From: Heterodontus francisci
Taxonomy: Eukaryota
Direction of reading: 5' to 3'
Assembly: GCF_036365525.1 (NCBI RefSeq)
Contig: NC_090376.1
Span: 148,064,966-148,128,965 of the forward strand
Length of the DNA stretch: 64,000 nt
Shown: in pieces, positions 60,170 through 64,000 of the stretch
How the letters are laid out: the number at the start of each line of letters is the position of its first letter
Position numbering within the stretch: the first letter of the stretch is position 1
The notes under the pieces: generated by a model
The model's input: the letters and a program-made list of their open reading frames with translations, nothing else
Database searches by the model: none
Told to the model about the DNA's origin: nothing
Position numbers and translations under genes: made by a program

Positions 60170-60900
60170 ACATTCATAGCCTATAACATATGGTTTTCAA
60201 AAATTTTTGTCTAAAATACTACAAATAAGGTTGCATTGTGTGAGATTGATGGGCAGATCTTAAGTTGGTTAGAGAATTGGTAGCATTCGCAAAGCCAGAG
60301 AGTAGTTAGTAATGGTAACAATTCTGATGAGAACTGTTTACTAGTGGAGTCCCAGAGTGGTTAGTGTTAAGATTATTGCTGTTCAGCTTCTTTATTAATG
60401 AAAGCATCAGGAGATCAAACCATAAGTTTGCAGATGACAAGAAGGTAAGTGTGGGAGTTGAGACCTCAAATTTTAAGAAACAGTTTGCAGTGATGAGGGA
60501 ATGAACCCAAGTCTCCCAGATGTCTTTTAATATAGACAAGTACAGTGTGATACATTTGAGCAGAGGCAATTCCAAGCTTGTGCACATCATGCAAGATTGT
60601 ATGCTCAAGTCTGCTGAGTGGGAGAAGGGCATGCGAGTTGTAAGTCACGAATTATTGAAGCTTGAAAGCTGTTTCAAAACCAGACAGAATTTTAAGATCC
60701 ATAACAGGGCAACAAAATATAGATTTTGAAATACCGCCCATACTTATACAATGCCTTGGTCTGGCAGTATCTAGAATACTGTATCCAGTTTTACTCCCCT
60801 CACATGGTGGGCAACATTGGTGTCCTGGAAAAAAAATCACACGGGAACCACAATTAATAAATAGTTTAACTGCCCTTAGCAATAGGCTGAATGGTCTATC
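60170..60900 (+). mobile_element. Very old CR1 RT fragment
   Basis: TSGVPEWLV, KFADDKK, MSFNIDKYSVIHL. Confidence 0.6.
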
Positions 60901-60929
60901 TAGCCTTGTCCTTTTTTGTATACTTATTT

Positions 60930-62183
60930 GGTTTTTTTTATTCATTCACGGGAAGTGGGCGTTGCTGGCCAGGCCAGCATTTATTTCCCATCCTTAATTG
61001 CCCTTGAGAAGGTGGTGGAGAGCTGCCTTCTTGAACCACTGCAACCCATGTGAGGTAGGTACACCCACAGTGCTGTTAGGAAGGGAGTTCCAGGATTTTG
61101 ACCCAGCGACAGTGAAGGAACGGCGATATAGTTCCAAGTCAGGATGGTGTGTGACTTGGAGGGGAACTTGCAGATGGTGGTGTTCCCATGTATTTGCTGC
61201 CCTTGTCCTTCTAGTTGGTAGAGGTCGCGGGTTTGGAAGGTGCTGTCTAAGGAGCCTTGATGCATTGCTGCAGTGCACCTTATAGATGGTACACACTGCT
61301 GCCACTGTGCGTCAGTGGTGGAGGGAGTGAATGTTTGTAGATGGGGTGCCAATCAAGCGGGCTGCTTTGTTCTGGATGGTGTTGAGCTTCTTGAGTGTTG
61401 TTGGAGCTGCACCCATCCAGGCAAGTGGAGAGTATTCCATCACACTCCTGACTTGTGCCTTGTAGATTGTGGACAGGCTTTGGGGATTCAGGAGGTGAGT
61501 TACTTGCCTCAGGTTTCCTAGCCTCTGACCTGCTCTTGTAGCCACAGTATTTATATGGCTACTCCAGTTCAGTTTTCGGTCAATGGTAGCCCCCAGGATG
61601 TTGATAGTGGGGTATTCAGCGATGGTAATGCCGTTGAATGTCAAGGGGAGATGGTTAGATTCTCTCTTGTTGGAGATGGTCATTGCCTGGCACTTGTGTG
61701 GCGCGAATGTTACTTGCCACTTATCAGCCCAAGCCTGGATATTGTCCAGGTCTTGCTGCATTTCTACACAGACTGCTTCAGTATCTGAGAAGGTGCTGAA
61801 TGGTGCTGAACATTGTGCAATCATCAGCAAACATCCCCACTTCTGACCTTATGATTGAAGGAAGGTAATTGATGAAGCAGCTGAAGATGGTTGGGCCTTG
61901 GACACTACCCTGAGGTATTCCTGCAGTGATGTCCTGGAGCTCAGATGATTGACCTCCAACAACCACAACCATCTTCCTTTGCGCTAGGTATGACTCTAAC
62001 CATCAGAGAGTTTTCCCCATCATTCCCATTGACTTCAGTTTTGCTAGGGCTCCTTGATGCCATACTCGGTCAAATGCTGCCTTGATGTCAAGGGCAGTCA
62101 CTCTCACCTCACCTCTTGAGTTCAGCTCTTTTGTCCATGTTTGAACCAAGGCTGTAATGAGGTCAGGAGCTGAGTGGCCCTGG
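60930..62183 (-). mobile_element. CR1/L2-clade LINE family B, relatively well-preserved 3' portion
   Basis: AGIPQGSVQGPTIFSCFIN, MFADD, IYKAQVRSVMEYSPLAW, WNSLP; A-rich tail. Confidence 0.88.
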
Positions 62184-63694
62184 CTTTAAGGTTTTGCATG
62201 CAAGCAATTAGTTAGGGAAAGTAACAACCCATATTTAAATATCCAATTAAGTGCTCTCTTAACTGAAGGGTTAGCTGTGTTTGCTCTTAATCTTACAGCA
62301 TGAGGAGTATGCTGTTACCCAGGCTATTCAAAGTAGTAAAGCAAAAACAGCTGTTGTGTTATCTTGCCTGATCTCATCAGGTCATGAGATTCTTGCAAGA
62401 CTGGTCTGCAGTTCTGGGATGAGAATTGACATTCAATTCCAATGCCATCTCTCTCCTCATGTCATGAGAGACATTTTTTTCAGGTTTTTTCCCCAGCAGT
62501 CTGGCTCTCCTTTGTTCTCTATTTTGTAGGTGGTTTTCAGAGGTCAGCCTCACTGAAATTCTATGCTCTTCTTTTATTTCTCCTTACATTGCCCTTGCCT
62601 CTTTTTATGATTGCCTGCGCCAGATGCTCCAATGGAAGACATCATTGAAAAGTGAGTCTTCCATTACAGAATGAACAGACTGAGCTAAGCATTTTCCTCC
62701 TGATCTATTGCTCTCTCAGATTGATGGTGAAAACTTCAGCCAACCTTGGCTTTTTCAAAGGCCATTTCTCAGCACCTCTCGCATAGTGCTCCCATTTTAC
62801 ATGGGATTTCACTGGAGAACTTCCAATGGATATTTAAATAAGCTGATCCCACAAAGTTTGGCAGATTCAGTTCTGCAGATCATCGCCAGACAAATGTCCT
62901 GGCACATAGGCGCAAACCTGGAGCAACTCACCTTGTGAAATTTCGGGGTCACTTTTAGTTTCCTTTGTTTCAGTAGAGCTAGCCTCAAGACTATGTGAGA
63001 CGCGACTGCCATGACATTTTTATCGTTCCTATGGTAAGCTAATGATCTCAGTATAGCTGAGACTAGGGTAGATTTCATCTTGTAAATAATTCTCATGAAA
63101 TCATAAAATCCGCAAGTTTACGATTTCACTATAAATAGAGCAAAGGAAAGCTTCTCATTATGATTGCAATGTCCCAGACATACAGCGACAGGAGGAAATC
63201 ATTCCACATGCTCTAACCCTAACCAAATTCAACTTCTGGTGCCATTTAAATCGGGGGAGCTGCAGAACCAAAAACATCTGAAGGTTGGGAGTGGAGGAGA
63301 GGTGGTGGGGTGAGGCAATACCAGGAGTAATCCTGCTTTTCCTGGATGCCCAAAAATAAAAATTAAGAATCTCTTCAGCCTTCTTTTAAGGCCCACTGGT
63401 CAAGCCACTTGACACCTGGTACAACTGCGTGCAGGGCACAATTTCTTCCCATTTGTACCTGAACTTTGCAAAAAATGTCCTTGTGCCTGATGCATTTATC
63501 CGGCTTGCTTGCCCATTTATGGGCATGGCTGAATACTTCATCAGGCAGGCCTTAATGCATCAATGGGGCATCCAGGATGCCCCTCTGATTTTCAAGTGCT
63601 GGTAACCTATCTTTTAGGCACACAACAGAGAACCATGAGTTGAATTTCTCCCCTAGTCTATCACAAGATGAAATTAAGGAACACTTAAAAAAGC

Positions 63695-63840
63695 GGAACT
63701 CCAGAATCTGTGCCTATAATCTAAGCTGACACGTCAGTGAGGTACTGAAGGAATACAACACAGCTGAAAGTGCTGTCTTGCAGATGAGATGTTAAACCAT
63801 GGTCCCATCTACTCTGAATGTGAAAGAGTCAATGGCATGA
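63695..63840 (+). mobile_element. DeuSINE core fragment
   Basis: GTACTGAAGGAATAC...CAGATGAGATGTTAAACC, as at 27230-27300. Confidence 0.65.
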
Positions 63841-64000
63841 ATATTTTTTATCATCTAAATAGTTGTCTTTGGTATTTCCTTAATCATTTTCCTTAAAGCT
63901 AGGAATAAACTACTGGAACAAATACAAATGTAAGAACAAATTAAATATGAGAACAAATGCTTGCGCTCTCTACTTTATCATTCATATCTCAGAACTTTTC

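Noticed and set aside
63212-63224. CTAACCCTAACC telomere-like motif
   Set aside because: Only two units; expected by chance.

Overview
Vertebrate genomic DNA, very likely a cartilaginous fish (shark), inferred from HE1-like V-SINEs, HER1/CR1 LINEs and SacSINE1/Deu-domain SINEs. No intact host gene is recognisable. Most of the window is nested transposons: four young Tx1/L1-clade LINE copies, many CR1 and CR1/L2 fragments, a near full-length RTE, Penelope-like elements carrying minimal hammerhead ribozymes, a Gmr1-like Gypsy plus a solo LTR, two-gene Harbinger elements with matching MITEs, a hAT derivative and several SINEs. There is one 157-N gap. The most unexpected item is a CpG-rich 67-codon BCL2-like fragment (BH3 to BH1) at 57319-57519 (minus), joined in frame to an unrelated segment and apparently inserted into a CR1 remnant. 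Also notable: a Tx1 copy inserted at the 5' junction of another Tx1 copy, two Tx1 copies truncated within about 10 nt of each other, and a partial HDV-like ribozyme motif at the RTE 5' end. All calls come from reading the sequence by eye; boundaries of old elements are approximate.
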